A stretch of 64,000 nt of DNA from an uncultured Candidatus Rokubacteria bacterium (GTDB lineage: Bacteria > Methylomirabilota > Methylomirabilia > Rokubacteriales > CSP1-6). The position numbers and the translations under genes are program-made. The notes beneath the pieces are model-generated. The model saw only the letters and a list, made by a program, of their open reading frames with translations. It did not search any database and had not been told where the DNA came from. Shown piece by piece: positions 47,977 to 59,281 of the stretch; positions within the stretch are counted from its first letter, which is position 1, and every line of letters begins with the position of its first letter. The stretch spans positions 576,001 through 640,000 of the forward strand of contig CAVVEU010000008.1 in assembly GCA_963747235.1 (NCBI GenBank), given 5' to 3'.

Positions 47977-48886
47977 AGCATTTCCTGTCCATCCGCGACA
48001 TCGCCCGGGAGGATCTCCCGCGCCTGTTCGCCCTCACGGCCGATCTCAAGGCCCGGCAGAAGGCCCGCGACGGCTGGACCCCGCTGCCCGGGCGCACCAT
48101 GGCCCTGATCTTCGAGAAGCCCTCGCTGCGCACGCGGGTCACCTTCGAGGTGGCGATGGTGCAGCTCGGGGGCGCGGCGGTGTACCTGGCCGCCCAGGAG
48201 ATCGGGATGGGCAAGCGCGAGTCGGTGCCCGACGTGGCCCGCAACCTCTCGCGCTGGGTGGACGTGGTGGCGGCGCGCGTGTTCTCGCACAAGACGCTCG
48301 AGCAGCTCGCGGCCCACGCCACGATCCCGGTGATCAACGGCCTGTCCGACCTCGAGCATCCCTGCCAGGCGATGGCGGACTTCTTCACGCTCTACGAGCG
48401 CGGGCTGGACCCGGCGAAGCTGCGCCTGGCCTGGGTGGGCGACGGCAACAACGTGTGCAACTCGCTCCTGCTGCTGGGCTCCATGCTCGGGACCACACTG
48501 GTGGTCGCGTGCCCGCCCGGCTACGAGCCGGATGCGGGTGTCCTGGAAGCCTGCCGCGCCATGGGTGGGCGCGTCCAGGTCACCACCGAGGTGCGCGACG
48601 CGGTGGAGGACGCCGACGTGATCTACACCGACACCTGGATCAGCATGGGCCAGGAAGGCGACCGCGAGCAGCGCCTGGAGGCCTTCCAGCGCTACCAGGT
48701 CAACGACCGGCTGCTGAGCTTCGCGCCCGGCGACGCGCTCGTGATGCACTGCCTGCCCGCGCACCGGGGCGAGGAGATCACCGACGCGGTGCTCGACGGG
48801 CCCCGCAGCCTGATCCTCGACCAGGCCGAGAATCGCCTGCACGCGCAGAAGGCCATCATCGTCAACCTGCTGGGTGGAGAGCAGCC

Positions 48887-48890
<4 letters not shown>
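47973..48890 (+). CDS. argF: Ornithine carbamoyltransferase
   Basis: [26 protein letters not shown]. Confidence 0.95.
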
Positions 48891-50095
<1,205 letters not shown>

Positions 50096-50110
50096 GCGGT
50101 CGCGCTCCCG

Positions 50111-50869
50111 ATGCGGGTCCACGTGGCGCTGACTCCGGCGGAATTCCCCGACGCGCCCCTCACGGGGTGTGTCGCGCTCGCGGTGGACGTGCTGCGGGCC
50201 ACCACCGCATCGGTGGCCGCGTGCGACGCAGGCTGCCGGCGCCTGGTGCCGGTGCCCGACGCGGCGGCGGCCGAAGCGCTCGCCGCGCGCGACGGGGCCG
50301 ACACCGTGCTGGCCGGGGAGCGGGGCGGGGAAGCGCTCGCCGGCTTCGATCTCGGCAACTCGCCCGCGGAGTTCACCGCGGACCGTGTCGGCGGCCGCAC
50401 GGTGGTGCTGACCACGACCAACGGCACCGCCGCGATGCTCACCGCCGCGCGGGCGGCGGCGGCCGGGCTCGCCGCGCTCACCAATGTCACCGCGGCCGCG
50501 CGCTGGGCGCTCGAGCAGGGGCGCGACGTGACCGTCCTGTGCGCGGGCGACAACGGGGCGTTCTCGCTGGAGGATACGGTGTGCGCGGGTCTGCTGGTGG
50601 CCCGCCTGGCCGACGCTTCCCCGGGAGCCGTGCTCTCCGAGGGCGCCCAGGCCGCGCTCGGTCTGGGTCGGCACTACGGAGCCCGGCTCGAGCGTCTCGC
50701 GGAGGACTCGGGCTGGGGCCGGAAGCTCCAGCGCCTGGGCCGGGCCGCCGACCTCGCCTGGTGCCTCCGGGCGGACGTGAGCCTGGTGGTGCCGGTGTTC
50801 GTCGCGGGCGGCTTCGTTCCCCGCCGCGCCGGGGCGACCGCGGCGGTCGGCTCGGAGTCGCGCGCGTGA
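50111..50869 (+). CDS. comB: 2-phosphosulfolactate phosphatase family protein
   Basis: VDVLRATT, GER, GNSP, TTTNGT, FSLED. Confidence 0.88.
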   Translation: MRVHVALTPAEFPDAPLTGCVALAVDVLRATTASVAACDAGCRRLVPVPDAAAAEALAARDGADTVLAGERGGEALAGFDLGNSPAEFTADRVGGRTVVLTTTNGTAAMLTAARAAAAGLAALTNVTAAARWALEQGRDVTVLCAGDNGAFSLEDTVCAGLLVARLADASPGAVLSEGAQAALGLGRHYGARLERLAEDSGWGRKLQRLGRAADLAWCLRADVSLVVPVFVAGGFVPRRAGATAAVGSESRA

Positions 50870-51441
50870 ACCTCCCGATCGCGCTGACCCTGTTCCGCAT
50901 CGTGCTGGTGCCGCCCATCATGGTCTTCCTCATCTCGTCGGACCGGGTCAGCGTGCTGATCGCCGCCGTCATCTTCGCGACCGCGTCGCTCACCGACTGG
51001 CTCGACGGGCGGATGGCGCGGCGGTGGAATCAGGTCACCAAGCTCGGCACGCTGCTGGACCCGGTCGCCGACAAGCTGCTGGTGGCGGCGGCGCTGATCT
51101 CGCTCGTGCACATCGACATGATCTCCGCGTGGATGGCGGTGGTGATCATCGGCCGCGAGCTGGCGGTGACCGGCCTGCGGGGAGTCGCGCTGTCCATGGG
51201 CGCGGTGGTGCCGGCGTCATCGCTGGGCAAGGCGAAGACGGTGTCGCAGTACGTGGCCCTGACGCTGCTGATCCTCGAGAAGGGGGTCTCGCAGGACCTG
51301 GCGCTCTTCCACCTCGTCGCGCGCTCGGCCCTCTGGATCGCGCTGGCCCTCACCGTGATCTCGGGCGCCGACTACTTCTACCGGTTCTTCCTCCATACCA
51401 ACCCGAAGGACCTGGTGCGGGACCGCGAGCGATGGCCCTGA
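50866..51441 (+). CDS. pgsA: CDP-diacylglycerol-glycerol-3-phosphate phosphatidyltransferase
   Basis: TDWLDGRMAR, GTLLDPVADK, GKAKT. Confidence 0.93.
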   Translation: MNLPIALTLFRIVLVPPIMVFLISSDRVSVLIAAVIFATASLTDWLDGRMARRWNQVTKLGTLLDPVADKLLVAAALISLVHIDMISAWMAVVIIGRELAVTGLRGVALSMGAVVPASSLGKAKTVSQYVALTLLILEKGVSQDLALFHLVARSALWIALALTVISGADYFYRFFLHTNPKDLVRDRERWP

Positions 51442-52034
51442 CCGTGCTCGGGCTCCTCGCCGCCTACCTGATCGGGGCGATCCCGATCGGCTTCCTGGTG
51501 GCCCGCGCCGCGGGCGGCACCGACATCCGCCGCGCGGGCAGCGGCAGTATCGGCGCCACCAATGTCCTGCGCACGCTCGGCACCGGCCCCGCGGTGCTCA
51601 CGCTGGTCGGCGACATCGTGAAGGGTTACGTGGCGGTGCGGGTCGCCCGCTCCATCGGGCCGGAGGTGTGGGCGGCGGCGGGCGGCACGGTGGCCGCCAT
51701 CGCGGGCAACTGCTGGCCGGTCTTCCTCCGGTTCCGGGGCGGCAAGGGCGTGGCCACCGGCCTCGGCGCGTTCCTCGCGCTCATCCCGTGGGCGGTCGGC
51801 CCCGCGGCGCTGCTGTGGATCGCGGTGACCGCGGTGTCGCGCTACGTGTCCATGGCCTCCGTGGTGGCCTGTCTCAGCCTGCCGGTGGCTGCGTGGGTGT
51901 TCGGCTACCCGCGCCACGCGGTCGTCGCGGCGGTGGTGGCGGCGCTGATCATCGTCTGGCGTCACCGGGAGAACATCGCGCGCCTGGTCAGCGGCACCGA
52001 GCGGCGGCTCGGCGAGCGCACCCGCCTCGCGTGA
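51432..52034 (+). CDS. plsY: Glycerol-3-phosphate acyltransferase
   Basis: GSGSIGATN, FRGGKGVAT, HRENIARL. Confidence 0.95.
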   Translation: MALTVLGLLAAYLIGAIPIGFLVARAAGGTDIRRAGSGSIGATNVLRTLGTGPAVLTLVGDIVKGYVAVRVARSIGPEVWAAAGGTVAAIAGNCWPVFLRFRGGKGVATGLGAFLALIPWAVGPAALLWIAVTAVSRYVSMASVVACLSLPVAAWVFGYPRHAVVAAVVAALIIVWRHRENIARLVSGTERRLGERTRLA

Positions 52035-53074
52035 GTCGCCCGGCCGACGCGGGCGACGCCCGGCGCGCGCCGGTGGCCGTGCTCGGCGCCGGGAGCTGGG
52101 GCACCGCGCTCGCGATGCACCTGGGCCGCGTGGGCGTGCCGGTGCGGTTGTGGGTGCGCGATCCGGCCCTCGCCGCGTCCATGCGGGCCCGGCGCGAGAA
52201 CCCGCGCTACCTTCCGGGGATCGCGCTGCCGGATGGCGTGACCGTGACCGCGGACGCGGGCCTGGCGCTGGCCGGGAGCCGGACCGTGCTGGTCGCGGTG
52301 CCGTCGCACTTCGTCGAGGACGTGCTCGCGGCGGTGGGCGACCGCGTCGCGGGAGACGCGGTGCTGGTGTCGGCGACGAAGGGCCTCGAGCCGCGGCACG
52401 GGCTGCGCATGTCGGAGCTCCTGGCCGGGCGGCTGCCCGGCCGGCCGGTGGCGGTGCTCTCCGGCCCGTCGTTCGCGCGCGAGGTCGCCCAGGGCCGGCC
52501 CACCGCGCTCGTGGTCGCGTCGTCGGACGAGGGGATCGCGGCCGATCTGCAGCGCCGTCTGGCCGGCCCCACGCTCCGCCTGTACACGAACCGCGACGTG
52601 GTCGGCGTGGAGCTGGGCGGCGCGGTGAAGAACGTGATGGCCATCGCGACCGGGCTGGTGGATGGGCTCGAGCTGGGCGAGAACGCGCGGGCGGCGCTGA
52701 TCACGCGGGGCCTCGCCGAGATCGTGCGGCTCGGCACCGCGGCCGGGGCGCAGCCCGCGACCTTCGCGGGGCTGGCCGGTCTCGGCGACCTCGTGCTGAC
52801 CTGCACCGGCTCGCAGAGCCGCAATCGCGCGCTCGGCGGTGCGATCGCGCGGGGCCGCTCGCTGGCGGAGGTGGAGGCGGGCACGCCGATGGTGGCGGAG
52901 GGCGTGCGCACCGTCTCCTCGGTGCTGCGGATGGCGCGGGCGCGCGGCGTGACGATGCCGATCTGCGAGGAGGTGGCGGCGGTGCTCTTCGAGGGCAAGC
53001 CGGTCGCGGAGTCGCTGGCCTCGCTGCTGGCCCGTGAGCCGAGGCCGGAAGAGGAGGGGGTGTCGCGTGCCTGA
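52031..53074 (+). CDS. gpsA: NAD(P)H glycerol-3-phosphate dehydrogenase
   Basis: GAGSWGTA, SGPSFA, GAVKNV, GLGDLVLTC, SRN. Confidence 0.95.
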   Translation: MSRPADAGDARRAPVAVLGAGSWGTALAMHLGRVGVPVRLWVRDPALAASMRARRENPRYLPGIALPDGVTVTADAGLALAGSRTVLVAVPSHFVEDVLAAVGDRVAGDAVLVSATKGLEPRHGLRMSELLAGRLPGRPVAVLSGPSFAREVAQGRPTALVVASSDEGIAADLQRRLAGPTLRLYTNRDVVGVELGGAVKNVMAIATGLVDGLELGENARAALITRGLAEIVRLGTAAGAQPATFAGLAGLGDLVLTCTGSQSRNRALGGAIARGRSLAEVEAGTPMVAEGVRTVSSVLRMARARGVTMPICEEVAAVLFEGKPVAESLASLLAREPRPEEEGVSRA

Positions 53075-54074
53075 GCTGCGCCGGGATCCCGTCGTGGGCC
53101 GGTGGGTGATCATCTCCACCGAGCGCGCCCGCCGCCCGTCCGACTTCACGCCGGCCCCGCGCCTGCGCAAGGGCGGGCCCTGCGTGTTCTGCGGAGGGCA
53201 GGAGCATCGCACGCCGGAGGAGGTCTGGGCGCTCCGTCCGGGCCGGAGCGAGCCCAACACGCCGGGCTGGCTCCTGCGCGTGGTGCCCAACAAGTTCCCG
53301 GCGCTCCGCATCGAGGGCGAGCTGGAGCCGGCGGCGGAAGGCCTCTACGATCGGATGAACGGGGTGGGTGCCCACGAGGTGGTCATCGAGTCGCCCGATC
53401 ACGACGCGGTCATCGAGCGCCTGCCGCCCGCGCAGCTGGCCGAGGTGTTCCGCGCCTACCGGGACCGGATCGTGGACCTGTCCAAGGATCCGCGCCTCGA
53501 GTACGTGATGGTCTTCAAGAACCACGGAGATCCGGCCGGCGCCTCGCTCGAGCACACCCATTCGCAGCTCATCGCCACGCCGGTGGTGCCGCTCATGGTC
53601 GAGGAGGAGCTGGCGGGCGCGCTCCAGCACCTGCGGATCAAGAAGCGCTGCATCTGGTGCGACATCATCCGGCAGGAGCGGCAGGAGGGCGGGCGCGTCA
53701 TCCTGGACCAGGACGGGTTCATGGCGCTGTCCCCCTTCGCGCCCCGGTTCCCGTTCGAGACCTGGATCCTGCCCACCGTGCACCGGTCGCGCTACGAGGA
53801 CACGCCGCCGGGCGACTTCGCCCGGCTGGCCGTGGCGGTCCGGCAGGTGCTCGGCCGGATGGGGCAGTTCCTGGACGACCCCCCGTACAACTTCATGCTC
53901 CACAGCGCGCCCCTGCGGGCCCCGGCCCTCGACCACTTCCACTGGCACCTCGAGATCATCCCCAAGCTGACCAGAGTGGCCGGATTCGAATGGGGAACCG
54001 GGTTCTTCATCAACCCGACCCCTCCCGAGGAGGCCGCGAAATACTTGCGGGGCGAGCCCCCGGATCGGCCGTAA
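53067..54074 (+). CDS. galT: Galactose-1-phosphate uridylyltransferase family protein
   Basis: ELRRDP, NKFPAL, GASLEHTHSQ, HWHLEI, GFEWGTG. Confidence 0.9.
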   Translation: MPELRRDPVVGRWVIISTERARRPSDFTPAPRLRKGGPCVFCGGQEHRTPEEVWALRPGRSEPNTPGWLLRVVPNKFPALRIEGELEPAAEGLYDRMNGVGAHEVVIESPDHDAVIERLPPAQLAEVFRAYRDRIVDLSKDPRLEYVMVFKNHGDPAGASLEHTHSQLIATPVVPLMVEEELAGALQHLRIKKRCIWCDIIRQERQEGGRVILDQDGFMALSPFAPRFPFETWILPTVHRSRYEDTPPGDFARLAVAVRQVLGRMGQFLDDPPYNFMLHSAPLRAPALDHFHWHLEIIPKLTRVAGFEWGTGFFINPTPPEEAAKYLRGEPPDRP

Positions 54075-54075
54075 A

Positions 54076-54104
54076 TTGACACTACTCAAGGCGTTTGTTA
54101 CACT
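54076..54104 (+). promoter_or_regulatory. Promoter of the tRNA operon
   Basis: TTGACA-17 bp-TACACT with extended -10 TG. Confidence 0.8.
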
Positions 54105-54132
54105 TCCTCGCGGTTCTGTGACAGGATGTTTT

Positions 54133-54207
54133 GCGGGAATAGCTCAGTGGTAGAGCACAACCTTGCCAAGGTTGGGGTCGCGGGTTCGAATCCCGTTTCC
54201 CGCTCCA
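54133..54207 (+). tRNA. tRNA-Gly(GCC)
   Basis: Cloverleaf, anticodon loop TTGCCAA, TTCGAA T-loop, CCA end. Confidence 0.96.
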
Positions 54208-54241
54208 TATAGCAGGCGGAGTAGTCGGCGGACAGTGCAAG

Positions 54242-54317
54242 GGCGGCGTAGCCAAGTGGCTAAGGCGGAGGTCTGCAAAACCTCTATTCAGCGGTTCGAA
54301 TCCGCTCGCCGCCTCCA
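54242..54317 (+). tRNA. tRNA-Cys(GCA)
   Basis: Anticodon loop CTGCAAA, U73 discriminator, CCA end. Confidence 0.96.
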
Positions 54318-54348
54318 CTAAGTTGGGGGCGGTCCAGCGGTGGGTTGG

Positions 54349-54437
54349 GCCGGGGTGGCGGAACTGGGAGACGCAGCGAACTTAAAATTCGCTGGTCCGT
54401 AAGGGCCGTGGGGGTTCGATTCCCTCCCTCGGCACCA
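54349..54437 (+). tRNA. tRNA-Leu(TAA)
   Basis: Anticodon loop CTTAAAA, long variable arm, ACCA end. Confidence 0.94.
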
Positions 54438-54473
54438 GAAGTCGAAGCGCACTCAAGCACGGAGGCAATCAAG

Positions 54474-54929
54474 GTGGAAACCTTGAAGGTAGTCCGGAAG
54501 ACCTTCACGATGTTGAGCGAGAAGCGGACCCAGGTCCTGGACATCACCAAGCAGATCCGGGACATCGTGCTGGGCGCCGACATCAAGGAGGGCATCATTC
54601 TGGTCAACTCCCTCCACACCACCTGCGCGCTCTTCGTCAATGAGTTCCAGGGCGCACTGGTCGACGACCTCAAGGCCATGATGGAGCGCCTGGTCGCCGA
54701 TAATGCGGGGTACAAGCACGACGATCCGCGCTTCTCCGACTGCGAGCGAGGCAATGCGACCTCGCACCTGCGGGCTGCGCTGCTCGGCCGGAGCGTGGCG
54801 GTGGGGATCAGCGGCGGCGAGCTCTCGCTGGGCCGCTTCCAGTCGATCCTGTTCGCCGAGCTCGACGGCCCGCGGCCGCGGAGCATCGACATCCAGATCA
54901 TGGGGGTCGGGCCCATCGCCGGGAACTAG
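54474..54929 (+). CDS. yjbQ: YjbQ/UPF0047 family protein
   Basis: HTTCAL, NE, NATSHL, LGRFQ, ELDGPR. Confidence 0.9.
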   Translation: METLKVVRKTFTMLSEKRTQVLDITKQIRDIVLGADIKEGIILVNSLHTTCALFVNEFQGALVDDLKAMMERLVADNAGYKHDDPRFSDCERGNATSHLRAALLGRSVAVGISGGELSLGRFQSILFAELDGPRPRSIDIQIMGVGPIAGN

Positions 54930-54946
54930 ATCGCCGCCCGCTTACC

Positions 54947-55068
54947 GGCGCCACGAATGCCCGCAGCGCCTGGGTATCGGTTTAAGTCCTTAGGCTCTAT
55001 CTAACGCGGGGGCCCATGAAATGGCCCCCGCACTCCCCCAGGCCGCGGACACTCGTTTAAGTCGCGCC
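54947..55068 (-). other. Multi-stem structured intergenic element (candidate ncRNA or REP-like repeat)
   Basis: 15-bp outer stem with three G-U pairs on the minus strand, CCTGGG/CCCAGG stem, inner GCGGGGGCC/GGCCCCCGC hairpin. Confidence 0.6.
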
Positions 55069-55128
55069 CGCGTACCGGCCGCTCCCGCGTCTCTGGCTCG
55101 TTCCTGCCGTGGTAGACTTACCGTCCGT

Positions 55129-56856
55129 ATGTCCTGGAAACTCAAGAAGAAGGCTCAGGAGCTGGTCGCCTCGGAAGAGGGCGTGGTCCGCAAGGATTGG
55201 GGCGGACGCGTGACCATCGCGCTCGTGTACCCGAACACCTACGCGGTCGGCATGTCGAACCTGGGCTTCCAGACCATCTACAGCCATCTGAACGCGCTCC
55301 CGAACGTGGTGTGCGAGCGTGTCTTCTTCCCGGACCCCGAGGACGTGGACGAGTACGCTCGCACCGGGACCACGCCCTTCTCGCTCGAGTCCCACCGGCC
55401 GCTGACCGACTTCAACCTGGTCGGCTTCTCGATGACCTACGAGGGCGACTACATCAACGCGGTCCGGATGCTGCGGATGGCGGGGCTTCCCCTCCGCGCG
55501 GTCGATCGCGGCCCCGGCGACCCGGTCGTGATGATGGGCGGCGTGTGCGCCTTCTCCAATCCCGAGCCCATCGCCCCCTTCATGGACTTCGTGGTGGTCG
55601 GGGAAGGCGAGGAAGTGGTGGGCGAGATCGTCACGGCCTGGCTCCAGAGCGATCCGGGCGACGACGGGAGCCGCCGCCGCTTCATCGACCGGCTGAAGCC
55701 GCTGGCCGGCATCTACGTGCCCGACGCGTACCGGGTGGACTACGGGGCCGATGGGCTGATCGAGGCGGTCACGCCGCTCGCGGACGACGTGCCCGCGCTG
55801 GTGATCAAGCGCCGGCTGAAGGACGTCAATCGCTTCGAGACGCGCTCCTCGCTCAAGACGCCCAAGGCCGAGTACGGCCACATGGAGCTGCTGGAGGTCG
55901 GCAAGGGCTGCGGCCGCGGCTGCCGGTTCTGCCTGGAAGGCCAGGTCTACCGGCCGGTGCGGCACCGGAGCCTCGAATCCCTGCGCGAGTCGGTGGCGAA
56001 GATCGCGAAGGAGTCGAAGCGGGTCGGGCTCGTGGGCGCCTGCGTGTCCGACTATCCCTGGATCGGCGACCTCATGCGCCTGCTCGAGGAGGCCGGGGTC
56101 GAGGTGTCCATCTCCTCGCTCCGGGCCGACAGCCTGACCGAGGAGCTGGTGGCGTCGCTGCAGCGCGGCGGGCACCGGACCCTCACGATGGCGCCGGAGG
56201 CGGGCACCGAGCGGCTGCGCCGCGTCGTCCGCAAGGCCATCACCGACGAGCAGCTCTACGAGGCCTGCCACCTGCTCCGCCGTTACGGCATTCCGAACCT
56301 CAAGTGCTACTTCATGATCGGGCTGCCCACCGAGACCCGCGAGGACATCGAGGCGATCCCCGACCTGGCCGCGCGGCTGATCGAGCGGCTGCGGGCCCTG
56401 GGCCCCGACGGCCACTCCTTCGGCAAGCTGACGCTCTCGGTGTCCTCCTTCGTGCCCAAGCCGTGGACGCCGTTCCAGTGGGCGCCCTTCGACGATCCGC
56501 GGGCCCTCGAGGAGAAGCTCGACATCATCAAGCGGGCGGCCCGTCGGCTCGACACGATCCGGGTGGTCCACGAGAACCCGCGCGAGGCCGCGCTCCAGGC
56601 CCTGCTGGCCCGCGGCGACCGGCGGGTGGCCGACTTCGTGGAGCTGGCCGCGGGGCTCGACGGCGACTGGCGCCACGCCCTCCGCGAATGGGACGGCGAC
56701 CCCGCGTCCTTCACGCGGCGGCATCGCGAGCCGACCGAGATCATGCCCTGGGACCACTTCGACGTGGGGGTGAAGAAGGCCGGGCTCCTGCGCGAGTGGG
56801 AGCGGGCGCTCGAGCCCGCGGCGACCCCCGCGGGGCCCGCTGTCGCGACGGTCTAG
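55129..56856 (+). CDS. Radical SAM protein with B12-binding-like N-terminal domain
   Basis: YPNTYAVGMSNLG, GEGEE, CGRGCRFC, APEAG, YFMIGLP, FVPKPWTPFQW. Confidence 0.9.
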   Translation: MSWKLKKKAQELVASEEGVVRKDWGGRVTIALVYPNTYAVGMSNLGFQTIYSHLNALPNVVCERVFFPDPEDVDEYARTGTTPFSLESHRPLTDFNLVGFSMTYEGDYINAVRMLRMAGLPLRAVDRGPGDPVVMMGGVCAFSNPEPIAPFMDFVVVGEGEEVVGEIVTAWLQSDPGDDGSRRRFIDRLKPLAGIYVPDAYRVDYGADGLIEAVTPLADDVPALVIKRRLKDVNRFETRSSLKTPKAEYGHMELLEVGKGCGRGCRFCLEGQVYRPVRHRSLESLRESVAKIAKESKRVGLVGACVSDYPWIGDLMRLLEEAGVEVSISSLRADSLTEELVASLQRGGHRTLTMAPEAGTERLRRVVRKAITDEQLYEACHLLRRYGIPNLKCYFMIGLPTETREDIEAIPDLAARLIERLRALGPDGHSFGKLTLSVSSFVPKPWTPFQWAPFDDPRALEEKLDIIKRAARRLDTIRVVHENPREAALQALLARGDRRVADFVELAAGLDGDWRHALREWDGDPASFTRRHREPTEIMPWDHFDVGVKKAGLLREWERALEPAATPAGPAVATV

Positions 56857-56860
56857 CGCC

Positions 56861-57166
56861 ATGCCGTCCTTCAAGGTCGCCAAGGCTACCGAGGTGCCGC
56901 CCGGGCAGGGGCTCGTGGTCCAGGCGGGGGCGAAGACCCTCGCGCTCTGGAACGTCGAGGGCGCCTACCACGCGATCGACAACACCTGCCCCCACCGCGG
57001 CGGCCCCATGGGCGAAGGGGATCTCGACGGCCGGCTCGCGATCTGCCCGTGGCACGGCTGGCGCTGGGACGTGACCACCGGGGCCAACGCCAACAACCCC
57101 GCGGTCAAGATCGGCTGCTTCCCGGCCGCGGTGGTGGACGGCGACGTGTACGTGGAGATGCCGTGA
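56861..57166 (+). CDS. Rieske 2Fe-2S ferredoxin
   Basis: CPHRGG...CPWHGW. Confidence 0.93.
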   Translation: MPSFKVAKATEVPPGQGLVVQAGAKTLALWNVEGAYHAIDNTCPHRGGPMGEGDLDGRLAICPWHGWRWDVTTGANANNPAVKIGCFPAAVVDGDVYVEMP

Positions 57167-58183
57167 TCCGCGACGCGCTCGATCGCCCGCTGCGCAACCT
57201 GCGGCTCTCGGTCACCGACCGCTGCAACCTGCGCTGCCAGTACTGCATGCCCGAGGAGGAGTACGTCTGGCTGCCCCGGGACGACGTCCTGACCTTCGAG
57301 GAGATGGACCGGCTCGTGGACGTCTTCGCCGACCTGGGCGTGGACAAGGTGCGCCTCACCGGCGGCGAGCCGCTGCTCCGCCGCGACCTCGACCGCCTCG
57401 TGCGGCTGCTCGCGGCCAACCCGCGCATCCGGGACCTGGCCATGACCACGAACGGGGTGCTGCTCGCCGAGCAGGCGCCCGCGCTGCGCGCGGCGGGCCT
57501 CCATCGCGTCACGGTCAGCCTCGACACGCTGCGCGAGGACCGCTTCAAGGCGCTGACCCGGCGCGACACCCACGCCCGCGTGCTCGAGGGCATCGCGGCG
57601 GTGGGGAAGACGGGCTGGCCCGGACTGAAGCTCGACACCGTGGTCATGCGCGGGGTCAACGACGACGAGCTGGCCGACCTGATCGAGTACGGGGCGACCG
57701 TCTCCGCCGAGGTGCGCTTCATCGAGTACATGGACGTCGGCGGCGCCACCCACTGGAGCATGGAGCGCGTGGTGTCGCGCCAGGAGATGCTGACGCGTCT
57801 GACCGAGCGCTACGGGCCGATCGAGCCGATCGTGGAGGAGAGCTCGGCGCCCGCCGACCGCTTCCGCCTCTCCGACGGCCGCGTGTTCGGCATCATCTCG
57901 TCCACCACCGCGCCCTTCTGCCGCGCCTGCGACCGGAGCCGCCTCACCGCCGACGGTCTGTGGTATCTCTGCCTGTACGCCGCGCGCGGCACCGACCTGC
58001 GCAAGCCGCTGCGGGAACGGCGCCTCGCGCGAGGAGCTGCTGGCCCTCATCCGCTCCACCTGGCAGGGCCGCCGCGATCGCGGGGCGGAGGAGCGGCTGG
58101 CGACGCCCGACCGGAGCCCGCTCATGCAGATCGGCGAGCTCAAGCGCGATCCGCACCTCGAGATGCACACCCGCGGAGGGTAA
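57163..58183 (+). CDS. moaA: GTP 3',8-cyclase (frameshift near 58017)
   Basis: [21 protein letters not shown]...CL; shifted frame ends EMHTRGG*. Confidence 0.94.
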
Positions 58184-58187
58184 GGCC

Positions 58188-58889
58188 GTGGACGAGCCCG
58201 GCGTGGACGTGCGGGAGAAGGGCGCCAACCAGCAGATCTCCGAGCGCCGGCTGTTCATGCAGCTCCAGGTCTGGACGGGCTGTCCCGACGGCAAGCCGCT
58301 GGTGGGGGCGATGGAGCGGAGCCGCATCGAGGGCGTGCTCTACCACGACGTCAACGATCCCGCCGGTGTGGCGCTGCTCGCCTTCCACGAGGATCCCGCC
58401 TTCTTCGCGAGCACGCTCCGCGGGCTGCTGGCCGCCGAGCCGTTCGCTTCGCTCCGGCATCGCCCCGAGCTGACCATGCTCGGCCGCACCTACGCGTCCG
58501 GCTTCGAGCCGGACCTCGAGGACTGGCTGCTCGCGCGCCCGCGCCGCACCGTGCTGAATCCGGCCTGGCCCTGGGGGATCTGGTACCCGCTGCGCCGGGG
58601 CGGCGCCTTCGCGCGGCTGACCCCGCAGGAGCAGGGGGCGATCCTCCGCGAGCACGGCACGATGGGCCGCGCCTACGGCGACGCGGACCTGGCCCACGAC
58701 GTGCGGCTCGCCTGCCACGGCCTGGACACGCACGACAACGACTTCGTGATCGGACTCGTCGGGCGCGAGCTCCACCCGCTGTCCCACCTGGTGCAGGCCA
58801 TGCGCCGGACCGCGCAGACTTCCCAGTACCTCCAGAGCCTGGGGCCCTTCTTCGTGGGCCATGCGCTCTGGCAGAGCCCGCTGCGGTGA
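58188..58889 (+). CDS. Chlorite dismutase/coproheme decarboxylase (CDE) family protein
   Basis: [16 protein letters not shown] proximal His region, GLD..DFV, MRRT, GPFFVG. Confidence 0.85.
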   Translation: MDEPGVDVREKGANQQISERRLFMQLQVWTGCPDGKPLVGAMERSRIEGVLYHDVNDPAGVALLAFHEDPAFFASTLRGLLAAEPFASLRHRPELTMLGRTYASGFEPDLEDWLLARPRRTVLNPAWPWGIWYPLRRGGAFARLTPQEQGAILREHGTMGRAYGDADLAHDVRLACHGLDTHDNDFVIGLVGRELHPLSHLVQAMRRTAQTSQYLQSLGPFFVGHALWQSPLR

Positions 58890-59281
58890 GCCGGCGGGCC
58901 GTCACCGGGCGCGCGGGGCAGGCGCTGTGCGCGGCGCTCCTCGTGCTGGCCGCGCTCGTGCCCGCGGGGTGCGCGCCGCTGCCGCCCGCGCGGCAGGTCA
59001 CCGACCTCAACCTCATCGCGGGCCGCTGGCGCGGGCAGATCGTGTTCAGCCGGGGGTCGTACCAGCTCTTCTACCTGACGATCAACCCCGACGGCACCCT
59101 GATCGCGTCGTGGGACGGCGGGACGCGCTGGGGCAAGGTCACGCTCGAGGGCGGGCGCACGCGCTTCAGCTTCTACATCTGGAGCGGCAACCTGGACTAC
59201 CTCGAAGGCAACGGGGACCGCGTCATCCTCCTCAAGGAGGATTTCTCCCACTGGGACGCGATCGTCCGGCCGCTCACCTAG
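58886..59281 (+). CDS. Hypothetical lipoprotein
   Basis: Signal peptide with PAGC lipobox, beta-rich mature part. Confidence 0.65.
   Translation: MSRRAVTGRAGQALCAALLVLAALVPAGCAPLPPARQVTDLNLIAGRWRGQIVFSRGSYQLFYLTINPDGTLIASWDGGTRWGKVTLEGGRTRFSFYIWSGNLDYLEGNGDRVILLKEDFSHWDAIVRPLT

Noticed and set aside
50111-50869. comB as evidence of coenzyme M synthesis
   Set aside because: ComB-family phosphatases are widespread in bacteria and no other com genes are present
54133-54437. tRNA cluster as an integration site
   Set aside because: No duplicated tRNA 3' end or integrase nearby; Gly-Cys-Leu is a common tRNA operon
54082-54473. ORFs overlapping the tRNAs (54082-54318 minus; 5' extension of 54345-54929)
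   Set aside because: They are translations of tRNA sequence
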